A model generated the notes under the pieces. The model was not told where the DNA came from. It worked only from the letters and a program-made list of their open reading frames with translations, and did not search any database. Of a DNA stretch of 64,000 nucleotides, positions 27,281 to 35,753 are shown in pieces. The stretch comes from Paracoccus sp. (in: a-proteobacteria) (lineage in GTDB: Bacteria; Pseudomonadota; Alphaproteobacteria; Rhodobacterales; Rhodobacteraceae), in assembly GCF_039808215.1 (NCBI RefSeq), contig NZ_JBDHSP010000012.1:7657-71656 (forward strand), given 5' to 3'. The first letter of the stretch is position 1, and each line of letters starts with the position of its first letter. A program made the translations under genes and the position numbers.

Positions 27281-28201
27281 ATGATCAAGGTTCTTGGCCA
27301 CAAGGCCCCCGACACCGACTCGACCGGCTCGCCCATCGTCTGGGCCTGGTATCTCAGCGAGGTGCGCCAGCAGCCGGCAGTGGCCGTGTTGCAGGGCGAG
27401 CCGAACACCGAGGCCGCCTGGATGCTGAGGAAATGGGATCTCGCCATGCCCGAGACCGTCACCAGCCTCGCCCCGGGCGAGCAATGCGTGATCGTGGACA
27501 CCAACAACCCGGCAGAACTGCCCGATTCGATCCATGACGCCGAAGTGCTTGAAATCATCGACCACCACCTGCTGGCCGGCGGCATCAGGACGAAACTGCC
27601 GATCACCATCACCATGCGCCCGCTGGCCTGCACCGCCACGATCATGCACGACCTGATGGGCGATGCGGCCTATGCCCGCGCGCCGCGCGCCATCAAGGGT
27701 GCCATGCTGACCTGCATCCTGTCGGACACGCTGGAATTCCGCAGCCCGACCACCACCGCGCATGACCGCCAGGTGGCCGAGAAGATCGCCGCCGACCTCG
27801 GCCTCTCGATCCCGGAATACGCCGCCGAGATGTTTGCCGCGAAATCCGATGTCTCGGCCTTCTCGGACGAGGCCCTGCTGCGCATGGACAGCAAGGAATA
27901 CGAGCTGGGCGGCAAGCAGCTGCGCGTCTCGGTGCTGGAAACCACGGCGCCGCAGGCACTGCTCGAGCGCAAGGGCGCGCTGATGGCCGCCATGCCCGCC
28001 GTGGCCGCTGCCGACGGCGCCGACGAGGTGCTGCTGTTCATCGTCGACATCCTGAACGAACAGGCCACGCTGCTGGTGCCCAACGATTTCGTCAGGCAGG
28101 TCGCCGAGAAAAGCTTCAGCGCCGCCGTCGCCGGCGACACCGTGCTGCTGCCCGGCATCATGTCGCGCAAGAAGCAGATCATCCCGGCGCTTGCGCTCTG
28201 A
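27281..28201 (+). CDS. ppaC: Manganese-dependent inorganic pyrophosphatase (family II, DHH)
   Basis: MIKVLGHKAPDTDSTGS...IVDTNN...IIDHH...LSDTLEFRSPTTT..., DHH and DHHA2 motifs. 306 aa. Confidence 0.9.
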   Translation: MIKVLGHKAPDTDSTGSPIVWAWYLSEVRQQPAVAVLQGEPNTEAAWMLRKWDLAMPETVTSLAPGEQCVIVDTNNPAELPDSIHDAEVLEIIDHHLLAGGIRTKLPITITMRPLACTATIMHDLMGDAAYARAPRAIKGAMLTCILSDTLEFRSPTTTAHDRQVAEKIAADLGLSIPEYAAEMFAAKSDVSAFSDEALLRMDSKEYELGGKQLRVSVLETTAPQALLERKGALMAAMPAVAAADGADEVLLFIVDILNEQATLLVPNDFVRQVAEKSFSAAVAGDTVLLPGIMSRKKQIIPALAL

Positions 28202-28217
28202 ACCCGAAAGGATCCCC

Positions 28218-29087
28218 ATGACGCAGATCATCCGCTCGCTCGACGAGATTGCCGCCGATTACGACGCCGTGTTCTGCGACCTCTGGGGCTGCCTGCACAA
28301 TGGCGTGGCGGCCTTTCCGGCCGCCGTCGCCGCGCTGCAGCGCTACCGCGCCCGGGGCGGGCGCGTGGTGCTGCTGACCAATGCGCCGCGGCCGCGCAAA
28401 TATGTCATCGCGCATCTGGAACGGCTGGCGGTGCCGGCGGACGCCTGGGACGAGGTGGTCAGTTCGGGCGATGCGGCGCAGGACGCGATGTTCGCCGGCG
28501 CGGTCAGCCGCCGCGTCTGGGCGATCTCGCAGGAGAAGGACGAGGGCTTCTTTGCCGACATCCCCGAGGAATGGCAGAGTGCCGCGCCGATCCAGCGCGT
28601 GCCGATGACCGAGGCCGAGGGAATCGTCTGCACCGGGCTTTTCGACGACGAGACCGAGGTGCCCGAGGATTACCGCACCCGGCTGATCCTGGCCCGCGAC
28701 CGCCGGCTGAAGATGCTCTGCGCCAATCCCGACATCGTCGTGGATCTGGGCCAGAAGCGGCTTTACTGCGCCGGCGCCCTGGCCCGGCTCTATGAGGATC
28801 TGGGCGGCGAGGCGCTGTATTTCGGCAAGCCGCATGCGCCGATCTACGACCTTGCACGCCGCAAGCTGGGCCTGGACGCCAGCGCCCGCGTCCTGGCCAT
28901 CGGCGATGGCATCGGCACCGACGTGCCCGGCGCCACCACCGCGGGCATGGACGCGCTGTTCGTCACCGGCGGCCTCGCGCATGACCAGTTCGGCCCCGAT
29001 GTCGAAAGCCCCGAGCCCGACATGCTGCGCGAATGGCTGGCGCTGCGCTCGGAAAATCCGCGCTATGCCATCGGTCGGCTGCGCTAG
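28218..29087 (+). CDS. HAD-superfamily hydrolase (TIGR01459-like subfamily IIA)
   Basis: ATG 28218 (AAAGGA SD). YDAVFCDLWGCLHNG (DxWG variant of motif I), LLTNAPR, GDGIGTDVPGA motif IV. Confidence 0.8.
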   Translation: MTQIIRSLDEIAADYDAVFCDLWGCLHNGVAAFPAAVAALQRYRARGGRVVLLTNAPRPRKYVIAHLERLAVPADAWDEVVSSGDAAQDAMFAGAVSRRVWAISQEKDEGFFADIPEEWQSAAPIQRVPMTEAEGIVCTGLFDDETEVPEDYRTRLILARDRRLKMLCANPDIVVDLGQKRLYCAGALARLYEDLGGEALYFGKPHAPIYDLARRKLGLDASARVLAIGDGIGTDVPGATTAGMDALFVTGGLAHDQFGPDVESPEPDMLREWLALRSENPRYAIGRLR

Positions 29088-29192
29088 GCCAGCGGGAAAC
29101 AATCGGTCCCTCGGCTATCGTCTGCGGTTATTTTGTTGCGCGCGCATGTGATTGCTGCTATGCAGCATGCAGTCACTGGTCGGGAGCTATGA

Positions 29193-29639
29193 ATGATGCT
29201 GGACAATCTTCCGCGCGGCACCATCGTCATCGAGGACATGGAGATCGGCATGACGCGCCACCTGCAGAAGGTGGTCAGCGACGAGGATATCGAGGCCTTC
29301 GCCCGCATCTCGACCGACCGCAACCCGGTGCATCTGGACGACGCCTATGCGCGCGACACCATCTTCGAGGGGCGCATCGCGCATGGCATGCTGACCGCGG
29401 GGCTGATCTCGGCAGTGATCGGCGAACAACTGCCCGGCCATGGCACGGTCTATCTCGGCCAGACTCTGAAATTCATGGCCCCCGTGCGCCCGGGCGATCT
29501 GGTGCGCGCCGAGGTCACCGTCGAGGCCATCGACCACGCAAAGCGCCGCGTGACCCTTGCAACCCGCTGTCTGGTCGGCGATACGGTCGTGCTGAAAGGC
29601 GAGGCGGTCGTTCTGGCGCCAAGCCGCAAATTCGACTGA
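29193..29639 (+). CDS. MaoC-like (R)-specific enoyl-CoA hydratase/dehydratase
   Basis: 148 aa, FARISTDRNPVHLDDAYARDTIFEGRIAHGML hot-dog fold signature. Confidence 0.85.
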   Translation: MMLDNLPRGTIVIEDMEIGMTRHLQKVVSDEDIEAFARISTDRNPVHLDDAYARDTIFEGRIAHGMLTAGLISAVIGEQLPGHGTVYLGQTLKFMAPVRPGDLVRAEVTVEAIDHAKRRVTLATRCLVGDTVVLKGEAVVLAPSRKFD

Positions 29640-29671
29640 CAGGGCCGGTCTCTGGCCCAGCGGGGGGCCGT

Positions 29672-30601
29672 TTGCACATCCATCACGACTGGAAGGCATT
29701 GCCGCTGGACGCCCGCGGGGCAAGCGTCGCCATGGGCAATTTCGACGGCGTGCATCTGGGACATCGCTCGGTGATCGACACGGCGCGCGCCGCCTGCGAC
29801 GCGCCCCTGGGCATCATCACCTTCGAGCCGCACCCGCGCGAGTTCCTGCGCCCCGGCGGCCCGGCCTTCCGGCTGATGAACGCGGAATCGCGGGCGAACC
29901 GCCTGGCGCGGCTGGGGGTCGAACAGCTTTACGAACTGCCCTTCGACCATGTGCTGGTCGGGCTTTCCCCCGAGGAATTCGCCCGCCAGGTGCTGGTGGA
30001 GGGCCTGGGCGTGCGCCATGTCAGCGTCGGCACGGATTTCTGCTTTGGCCGCCAGCGTTCGGGCAATGCCGCGACGCTGATCGAACTGGGCCGGGAGCTG
30101 GGTTTCGGCGTCACCGTCGCACCGCTGATCGGCGACGGCAAGGTGGAATACAGCTCGACCGCGATCCGCACTGCCCTCAGCGAGGGCCGCACCCGCGATG
30201 CCGTGGCCATGCTGGGCCACTGGCACCGCATCGACGGCGAGGTGCTGCATGGCGACAAGCGCGGCCGCGACCTGGGCTATCCCACCGCGAACATGGCGGT
30301 CGAGGGGCTGCACCTGCCGGCGCTGGGCATCTATGCGGTGCTGGTCGACGTGCTGACCGGCCCCGAGCGCGGCAGCTACAAGGGCGTGGCCAGCCTCGGC
30401 ACCCGCCCGATGTTCGGCGTGAACCGCCCCAACCTTGAGGTGCATATCTTCGATTTCAGCGCCGATCTCTACGGCCAGCACCTGTCGGTGGCGCTGGTCG
30501 AATATCTGCGCCCCGAGGCGCGGTTCGACGGGATCGACGCGCTCATCGCGCAGATGGACCTCGACAGCGCCCGCGCCCGCGCCATCCTGGCCAGCGCCTG
30601 A
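29672..30601 (+). CDS. ribF: Bifunctional riboflavin kinase / FMN adenylyltransferase
   Basis: TTG 29672 (GGGGGG SD 4-10 nt upstream) is the only plausible start before the conserved GNFDGVHLGH. Also ...GYPTANM...LEVHIFDFSADLYGQ. 309 aa. Confidence 0.88.
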   Translation: MHIHHDWKALPLDARGASVAMGNFDGVHLGHRSVIDTARAACDAPLGIITFEPHPREFLRPGGPAFRLMNAESRANRLARLGVEQLYELPFDHVLVGLSPEEFARQVLVEGLGVRHVSVGTDFCFGRQRSGNAATLIELGRELGFGVTVAPLIGDGKVEYSSTAIRTALSEGRTRDAVAMLGHWHRIDGEVLHGDKRGRDLGYPTANMAVEGLHLPALGIYAVLVDVLTGPERGSYKGVASLGTRPMFGVNRPNLEVHIFDFSADLYGQHLSVALVEYLRPEARFDGIDALIAQMDLDSARARAILASA

Positions 30602-31041
30602 TGCGCGCGCGTTTCTGGGAACTGCCGCTGAAGAACCTCGACAAGGAGGAATGGGAGGCGCTGTGCGACGGCTGCGGCAAATGCTGCCTGAACAAGATCG
30701 AATATGAGGACACGGGCGAGCTGGCCTTTACCAGAGTCGCCTGCAAGTTGCTTGACGGCCACAGCTGCCAATGTTCCAGCTATGCCAACCGTCATGATTT
30801 CGTTCCCGATTGTGTCGTCCTGACCCCGAAAAAGCTGAAACGGATCGCCTGGTGGCTGCCCGCGACTTGCGCCTACAGGTTGCGCGCCGAGGGCAAGCCG
30901 CTTTACGACTGGCATTACCTGATCTCGGGCGACCGCGAGTCGGTCCACCGCGCCGGCGCATCGGTGCGCGGCTGGACCGTCAGCGAGACCTCGGTGACCG
31001 AGGACGACTGGGACGACTATATCATCGAGGATCTTGCATGA
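30601..31041 (+). CDS. ycgN: YcgN family (UPF0260) cysteine-cluster protein
   Basis: 146 aa, EWEALCDGCGKCCLNKIEYEDTGELAFTRVACKLLDGHSCQCSSY is the YcgN signature. ATG shares a base with the ribF TGA. Confidence 0.85.
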   Translation: MRARFWELPLKNLDKEEWEALCDGCGKCCLNKIEYEDTGELAFTRVACKLLDGHSCQCSSYANRHDFVPDCVVLTPKKLKRIAWWLPATCAYRLRAEGKPLYDWHYLISGDRESVHRAGASVRGWTVSETSVTEDDWDDYIIEDLA

Positions 31042-32081
31042 GCTTTGCCTCGGACAATGCCGGCGGCGTGCATCCCCGCATCATGGCGGCGCTGACCACC
31101 GCCAATGAGGGCCATGTCCCGGCCTATGGCGCCGACCGCATCACGCAGGCGGCGCAGGACCGGCTGCGCGAGGTCTTCGAGGCGCCCGGGGCGGCGGTGC
31201 ATTTCGTGACCTCGGGCACGGCGGCGAACGCGCTGGCACTGGCGCTGCTGGCGCCGGGCTGGGGCAAGGTGTTCTGCCATGCCGACGCGCATGTGCAGAT
31301 GCACGAGACCGGCGCCCCGGAATTTTTTACCGGCGGCGCGAAACTGGTCACCGTCCCCGGCGCCGCCGGCAAGATCACCCCCGAGGCCCTGACCGCCGCC
31401 CTGGCCGCCCATGCCCCCGAGGGCGTGCATTCCGGCCGCAACGCCGCGCTGAGCCTGACCAATGCCAGCGAATGGGGCACGCTCTATCGCCCGGCCGAGA
31501 CCGCGGCCCTGACGGCGATCGCACATGCGCAGGGGCTTGGCGCGCATCTGGACGGCGCGCGGCTGGCCAATGCCCTGGCCGCGCTGGACGTGTCGCCCGC
31601 CGAGGCCAGCTGGCGCGCCGGCATCGACGTGTTGTCGCTGGGCGCGACCAAGAACGGCTGCATGAATGTCGAGGCAGTGCTGATCTTCGACCCGGCGAAA
31701 TCCGAGGAATTCGAATTCCGGCGCAAGCGCGGCGGCGGGCTGGTCTCGAAGCAGCGCTATCTGTCGGCGCAGATCCTCGCCTGGCTCGAGGATGGGTTGT
31801 GGCTGCAACTGGCCCGCCACGCCAATGCCATGGCGCATGAACTGACCCTGGGCCTGTCGCGCCTGCCCGGGGTGCGGATCGCGCAGCCGGTGGAAAGCAA
31901 TGCCGTCTTTGTCAGCCTGCCGCCCGAATTGCACCGCCGGGCCTGCGCGGCGCGCATCTGCCACCATCTCTGGCCGGAAAGCCAGCCGCTTGACGGCACG
32001 GCGCCGGTAACCGTGCGGCTGGTCTGCGGCTGGGACACCGGGCTCGAGGATGTGACGCGGCTGCTGGCGGCGCTGGCCTGA
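31038..32081 (+). CDS. ltaE: Low-specificity L-threonine aldolase (PLP-dependent)
   Basis: MSFASDNAGGVHPRIMAAL...FVTSGTAANALAL...LSLGATKNG (PLP lysine). ATGA overlap with ycgN. Confidence 0.85.
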   Translation: MSFASDNAGGVHPRIMAALTTANEGHVPAYGADRITQAAQDRLREVFEAPGAAVHFVTSGTAANALALALLAPGWGKVFCHADAHVQMHETGAPEFFTGGAKLVTVPGAAGKITPEALTAALAAHAPEGVHSGRNAALSLTNASEWGTLYRPAETAALTAIAHAQGLGAHLDGARLANALAALDVSPAEASWRAGIDVLSLGATKNGCMNVEAVLIFDPAKSEEFEFRRKRGGGLVSKQRYLSAQILAWLEDGLWLQLARHANAMAHELTLGLSRLPGVRIAQPVESNAVFVSLPPELHRRACAARICHHLWPESQPLDGTAPVTVRLVCGWDTGLEDVTRLLAALA

Positions 32082-32132
32082 AGCCGCAAGTCTTTGCTGG
32101 CGACATGAACCGCCGGGCGATAGAATCGCGCC

Positions 32133-32879
32133 ATGGAAACCAGCACCTTCTATTTCGGCACGATCAATCTGGCTGACCTGTTCATGGTGGCCTTTCTGTT
32201 CCTGTCCTGGCTGGGCAGCGGCTGGATCACCGAACATCCGCCGGCCGGGCGTCCCTCGGCTTCGGTGCTGATGAAGGATTACCGCCGCGAATGGATGCGC
32301 CAGTTCATCACCCGCGATCCGCGCATGTTCGACGCCAATATCCTGACGACGCTGCGCGAGGGCACCGCGTTCTTCGCCTCGGCCTGCCTGATCGCGGTCG
32401 GGGGCGCGCTGGCCATGGTCGGCAATGTCGAACAGATCTCGGTCATGGCGCGCCAGCTCGAACTTGGGCAGGTGCCGGCGCTGGTCCTGGAAATCAAGAT
32501 CGTGCTGGTGCTGTTCTTTGTCGCCAATGCGCTGCTGCGATTCGTCTGGGCGCATCGGCTGTTTGGCTATTGCGCCATCCTGATGGCCGCGGTTCCCAAT
32601 GATGTCACCGACCCGCGCTGCATGCCCACCGCCATGCAGGCGGCCGAGATCAACATCACCGCGGCGCGCAGCTTCAACTCGGGGCTGCGCTGCGTCTATT
32701 TCGCGCTGGCGTCGCTGGGCTGGCTGGCCGGGCCGATCGGGCTGTTCGTGACCACGGCCTATGTGCTGGTCATCAGCTGGCGGCGGGAATTCGCCTCAAA
32801 CTCGCGCCGGATCATCCTGGCATCCCATCCGGCGCGCATGCAGCCAGGCGACAGCCAGCGCGGCCATCCCGGCCAGTGA
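32133..32879 (+). CDS. DUF599 family membrane protein
   Basis: 248 aa, ...MKDYRREWMRQFITRDPRMFDANILTTLREG... typical of DUF599. The 3' end overlaps the convergent MFS gene by 84 nt. Confidence 0.7.
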   Translation: METSTFYFGTINLADLFMVAFLFLSWLGSGWITEHPPAGRPSASVLMKDYRREWMRQFITRDPRMFDANILTTLREGTAFFASACLIAVGGALAMVGNVEQISVMARQLELGQVPALVLEIKIVLVLFFVANALLRFVWAHRLFGYCAILMAAVPNDVTDPRCMPTAMQAAEINITAARSFNSGLRCVYFALASLGWLAGPIGLFVTTAYVLVISWRREFASNSRRIILASHPARMQPGDSQRGHPGQ

Positions 32880-33986
32880 CAGCACGACAGCCACCACCCC
32901 CGAGGAACGCCAGCCCCAGCCCGCCGACAGCGCCAGCCCGGCCAGCCAGGGCCCCAGCGCATTGGCGGCGTTGAAGGCGGCGTGGTTCATCGCCGCGGCC
33001 ATGGATTGCGCCTTGCCGGCCACGTCCATCAGCCGCGTCTGCAGCGGCACCACCATGCCCGAGCCCAGCCCCAGCACCAGCGCCGAGGCCACCATCAGCG
33101 GCCAGTTGCCCACCGCATAGGCGGCAAAGCCCTGGGTCAGCGCCATGAACAGCATCAGCCGCAGCGTGGCGCCCCAGGTGCCGTGGCGCATGGTCAGCCG
33201 CGCCGCGCCAATGCTGCCCAGCGTGCTGCCGACGCCAAAGGCCGACAACATCACCGCCACCGCCCAGGCCGGCGGCTGCGTCGTGGCCAGCATGGCGGCA
33301 GAGAGATAGGAATAGACCGCGAACAGCCCGCCAAAGCCGATGGCCCCCACCAAAAGCGTCAGGATCACCGCGGGATTGCCCAGCGCGCGCAATTCGTCCA
33401 GCGGCCGTGCGTCGCGCGGCACGCCGACGCGCGGCGCCAGCCGCAGGATCAGCCAGCCGGCCAGCAGCGCCAGCACTCCGGGCAGCGCAAAGCCCCAGCG
33501 CCAGCCCAGCGCCGAGCCGAGGATCCCCGCCAGCGGCACGCCGGCGACATTGGCGATGGTCAGCCCCAGCAGGATCTGCGTCACCCCCCTTGCGCGCTGC
33601 CCATGCGGCAGCGCGTCGGCGGCGAACAGCATGGCCACGCCCAGGAAACCGCCATGTGGCAGCCCGGCCAGAAAGCGCGTCAGCACCAGCGTGCCATATC
33701 CGGGCAGCAGCGCCGCCATGAGGTTCATCACCCCATAGGCCGCGATCAGCGCCGCCAGATAGCGCCGGCGCGGCAGCCGCGCCCCCAGGATCGAGGTGAT
33801 CGGCGCCCCGATCACCACCCCCAGCGCATAGGCGCTGACCACATGGCCGGCCTGCGGCTCGCTGATGCCCAGATCGGCGGCATACCAGGGCAAGAGCCCC
33901 ATGGCGGCGAATTCCGAGGTGCCGATGGCAAAGGCCCCCAGCCCAAGCGCAAGGATGGCAAGTTTCAGATTCGGCTGCGGCGGCAT
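32796..33986 (-). CDS. MFS transporter (12 TM, AraJ/YdhP-like)
   Basis: ATG 33986 (MPPQPNLKLAILALGLGAFAIGTSEFAAMGLLP...) verified. The rest of the 508-aa track ORF upstream is Arg/Pro-rich noise. Confidence 0.85.
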   Translation of the reverse strand: MPPQPNLKLAILALGLGAFAIGTSEFAAMGLLPWYAADLGISEPQAGHVVSAYALGVVIGAPITSILGARLPRRRYLAALIAAYGVMNLMAALLPGYGTLVLTRFLAGLPHGGFLGVAMLFAADALPHGQRARGVTQILLGLTIANVAGVPLAGILGSALGWRWGFALPGVLALLAGWLILRLAPRVGVPRDARPLDELRALGNPAVILTLLVGAIGFGGLFAVYSYLSAAMLATTQPPAWAVAVMLSAFGVGSTLGSIGAARLTMRHGTWGATLRLMLFMALTQGFAAYAVGNWPLMVASALVLGLGSGMVVPLQTRLMDVAGKAQSMAAAMNHAAFNAANALGPWLAGLALSAGWGWRSSGVVAVVLSLAGMAALAVAWLHARRMGCQDDPARV

Positions 33987-34107
33987 GGCGGACACCTTCG
34001 GGACTGGCGGACGGATTTCGGGGATCGCCCCGCCATAGCCGATCCGCCCGCCGCCTGTCACCTGCCCCGGCGCGAAATGCCGCCATGCGCTGCGCGCAAA
34101 TGCCGCA

Positions 34108-34887
34108 TCAACCCTGCCAGGCCGGCTTGCGGCGCTCAAAGAAGGCGCCGATGCCCTCTGAGGCCTCGGGGCCTTCCCAGACGGCGACCAGCGCCTCGAT
34201 GCTGGCCTCGATCTCGGCCGGGCCGACCGGCGGGCCAAGGCGGCGGGCAAGGCGCTTGGCCGCGGCCACCGCGCCGGGGGCGCAGGCCAGACAGGGCGCA
34301 ATTTCCGCCTCGATCGCCGCATCCAGCGTCACGGCATCCGCAAGGCCGGCGATCAGGTCCAGACGCATCGCCTCCTCGGCGCCGAACAGCCGGCCGGACA
34401 TGAAGACGCGCCGCGCCTTTCCCTCGCCCATGCGGGCCAGCACATAGGGGCCGATGGTGGCGGGGATCAGCCCAAGTCTCGTCTCGGTCAGGGCGAACCG
34501 CGCCTCGGGGACGGCGATCGCCACGTCGCAGACCGAGATCATGCCGATGCCGCCGCCGAAGGCATTCCCTTGCACCCGCGCGATCAGGGGCTTGGGCAGG
34601 GTGTTCAGCGCATGCAGCATCATCGCCAGTTCGCGGGCGCCCTGCCGGCGGTTATCGGCATCCGCCCGCATCTGGTCCTGCATCCAGCCCAGATCGCCGC
34701 CGGCGCAAAAGCTTTTGCCCTTGGCGGCCAAAACGACGACGCGCACCGCCGGATCAACGCCCAGCGCCTGCGCCGCCGCGGTCAATTCGCGGATCATCTG
34801 CGCCGAAAGCGCATTGTGCTTCTCGGCCCGCGCCAGCCACAGATGGGCGACGCCGCGGCTGTCGGTGTCGATGCGGAGCGTGTCCAT
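34108..34887 (-). CDS. liuC: Enoyl-CoA hydratase family; by context methylglutaconyl-CoA hydratase
   Basis: 259 aa crotonase fold (FCAGGDLGWM...GNAFGGGIGMISVCD). Last gene of the ivd-mccB-mccA-HMG-lyase operon. Confidence 0.8.
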   Translation of the reverse strand: MDTLRIDTDSRGVAHLWLARAEKHNALSAQMIRELTAAAQALGVDPAVRVVVLAAKGKSFCAGGDLGWMQDQMRADADNRRQGARELAMMLHALNTLPKPLIARVQGNAFGGGIGMISVCDVAIAVPEARFALTETRLGLIPATIGPYVLARMGEGKARRVFMSGRLFGAEEAMRLDLIAGLADAVTLDAAIEAEIAPCLACAPGAVAAAKRLARRLGPPVGPAEIEASIEALVAVWEGPEASEGIGAFFERRKPAWQG

Positions 34888-35753
34888 CAGGCGTTCCCCC
34901 TCAGCCCCTGCGCCATCAGGGCAGCGCGGGCGATGATCTCCGTGTTCAGGCCGGGATCAAAGCCCCGCGCCGCCAGATGCGCCGCGACCTTTTCGGTCGC
35001 GACATTGCCCTTGGCGCCGGGGGCATAGGGGCAACCGCCCAATCCCCCCACGGCGGCGTCAAAGACCCTGATCCCGCGCGCAAGGCTCGCGTCGATGTTT
35101 TCCAGCGCCCGGCCGGCGGTGTCGTGGTAATGCCCGGCCAGCCTTTCGGGCGGCAATTCCTCCAGCACCGCGGCCAGCATGGCGTCGATGCTTTCCGGCC
35201 GGCCCTGGCCGATGGTGTCGCCAAGGCTGATCTCATAGCAGCCCAGATCGCGCAGTGCCGCCGCCACGCGGGCGACATTGCCGGGCGGCGTCGGCCCGTC
35301 ATAGGGACAGTCCGTCACCACCGAGACATAGCCCCGGACCGGCACCCCATCCGCCCGCGCCGCCGCCGCCACCGGGGCAAAGCGTTCAAGGCTTTCGGCG
35401 ATGGATGCGTTCAGATTGGCGCGGGAAAACCCCTCCGAAGCCGAGGCAAAGATCGCCACCTCATCGGCGCGGGCCGCGCGCGCGGCGGTGTAGCCCTTCA
35501 TGTTCGGGGTCAGCACCGCGTAGCTGACGCCCGGTGCGCGGGTGATGCCAGCCATGACCTGCGCCCCGTCGGCCATCTGCGGCACCCATTTCGGCGAGAC
35601 AAAGCTGGTGACCTCGATGCGCCGGAACCCCGCCTGCGACAAGAGATCGACCAAAGCGATCTTGTCGGCGGCCGGGATCAGGCGCTTTTCGTTCTGCAAC
35701 CCGTCGCGCGGGCCCATCTCGAAGATCTCGACGCGGGGCATCGGGTTATTCAT
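34887..35753 (-). CDS. liuE: Hydroxymethylglutaryl-CoA lyase
   Basis: VEIFEMGPRDGLQNEK...HYHDTAGRALEN...GGLGGCPYAPGAKGNVATE. ATG 35753 preferred (GAGGAA SD), ATG 35741 is an alternative. Overlaps the mccA stop. Confidence 0.9.
   Translation of the reverse strand: MNNPMPRVEIFEMGPRDGLQNEKRLIPAADKIALVDLLSQAGFRRIEVTSFVSPKWVPQMADGAQVMAGITRAPGVSYAVLTPNMKGYTAARAARADEVAIFASASEGFSRANLNASIAESLERFAPVAAAARADGVPVRGYVSVVTDCPYDGPTPPGNVARVAAALRDLGCYEISLGDTIGQGRPESIDAMLAAVLEELPPERLAGHYHDTAGRALENIDASLARGIRVFDAAVGGLGGCPYAPGAKGNVATEKVAAHLAARGFDPGLNTEIIARAALMAQGLRGNA

Noticed and set aside
29153-29167. Small hairpin TGCTGC-tat-GCAGCA upstream of the MaoC-like gene
   Set aside because: It has only a 6-bp stem with AT pairs and no associated motif. 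Too weak to call a regulatory element.
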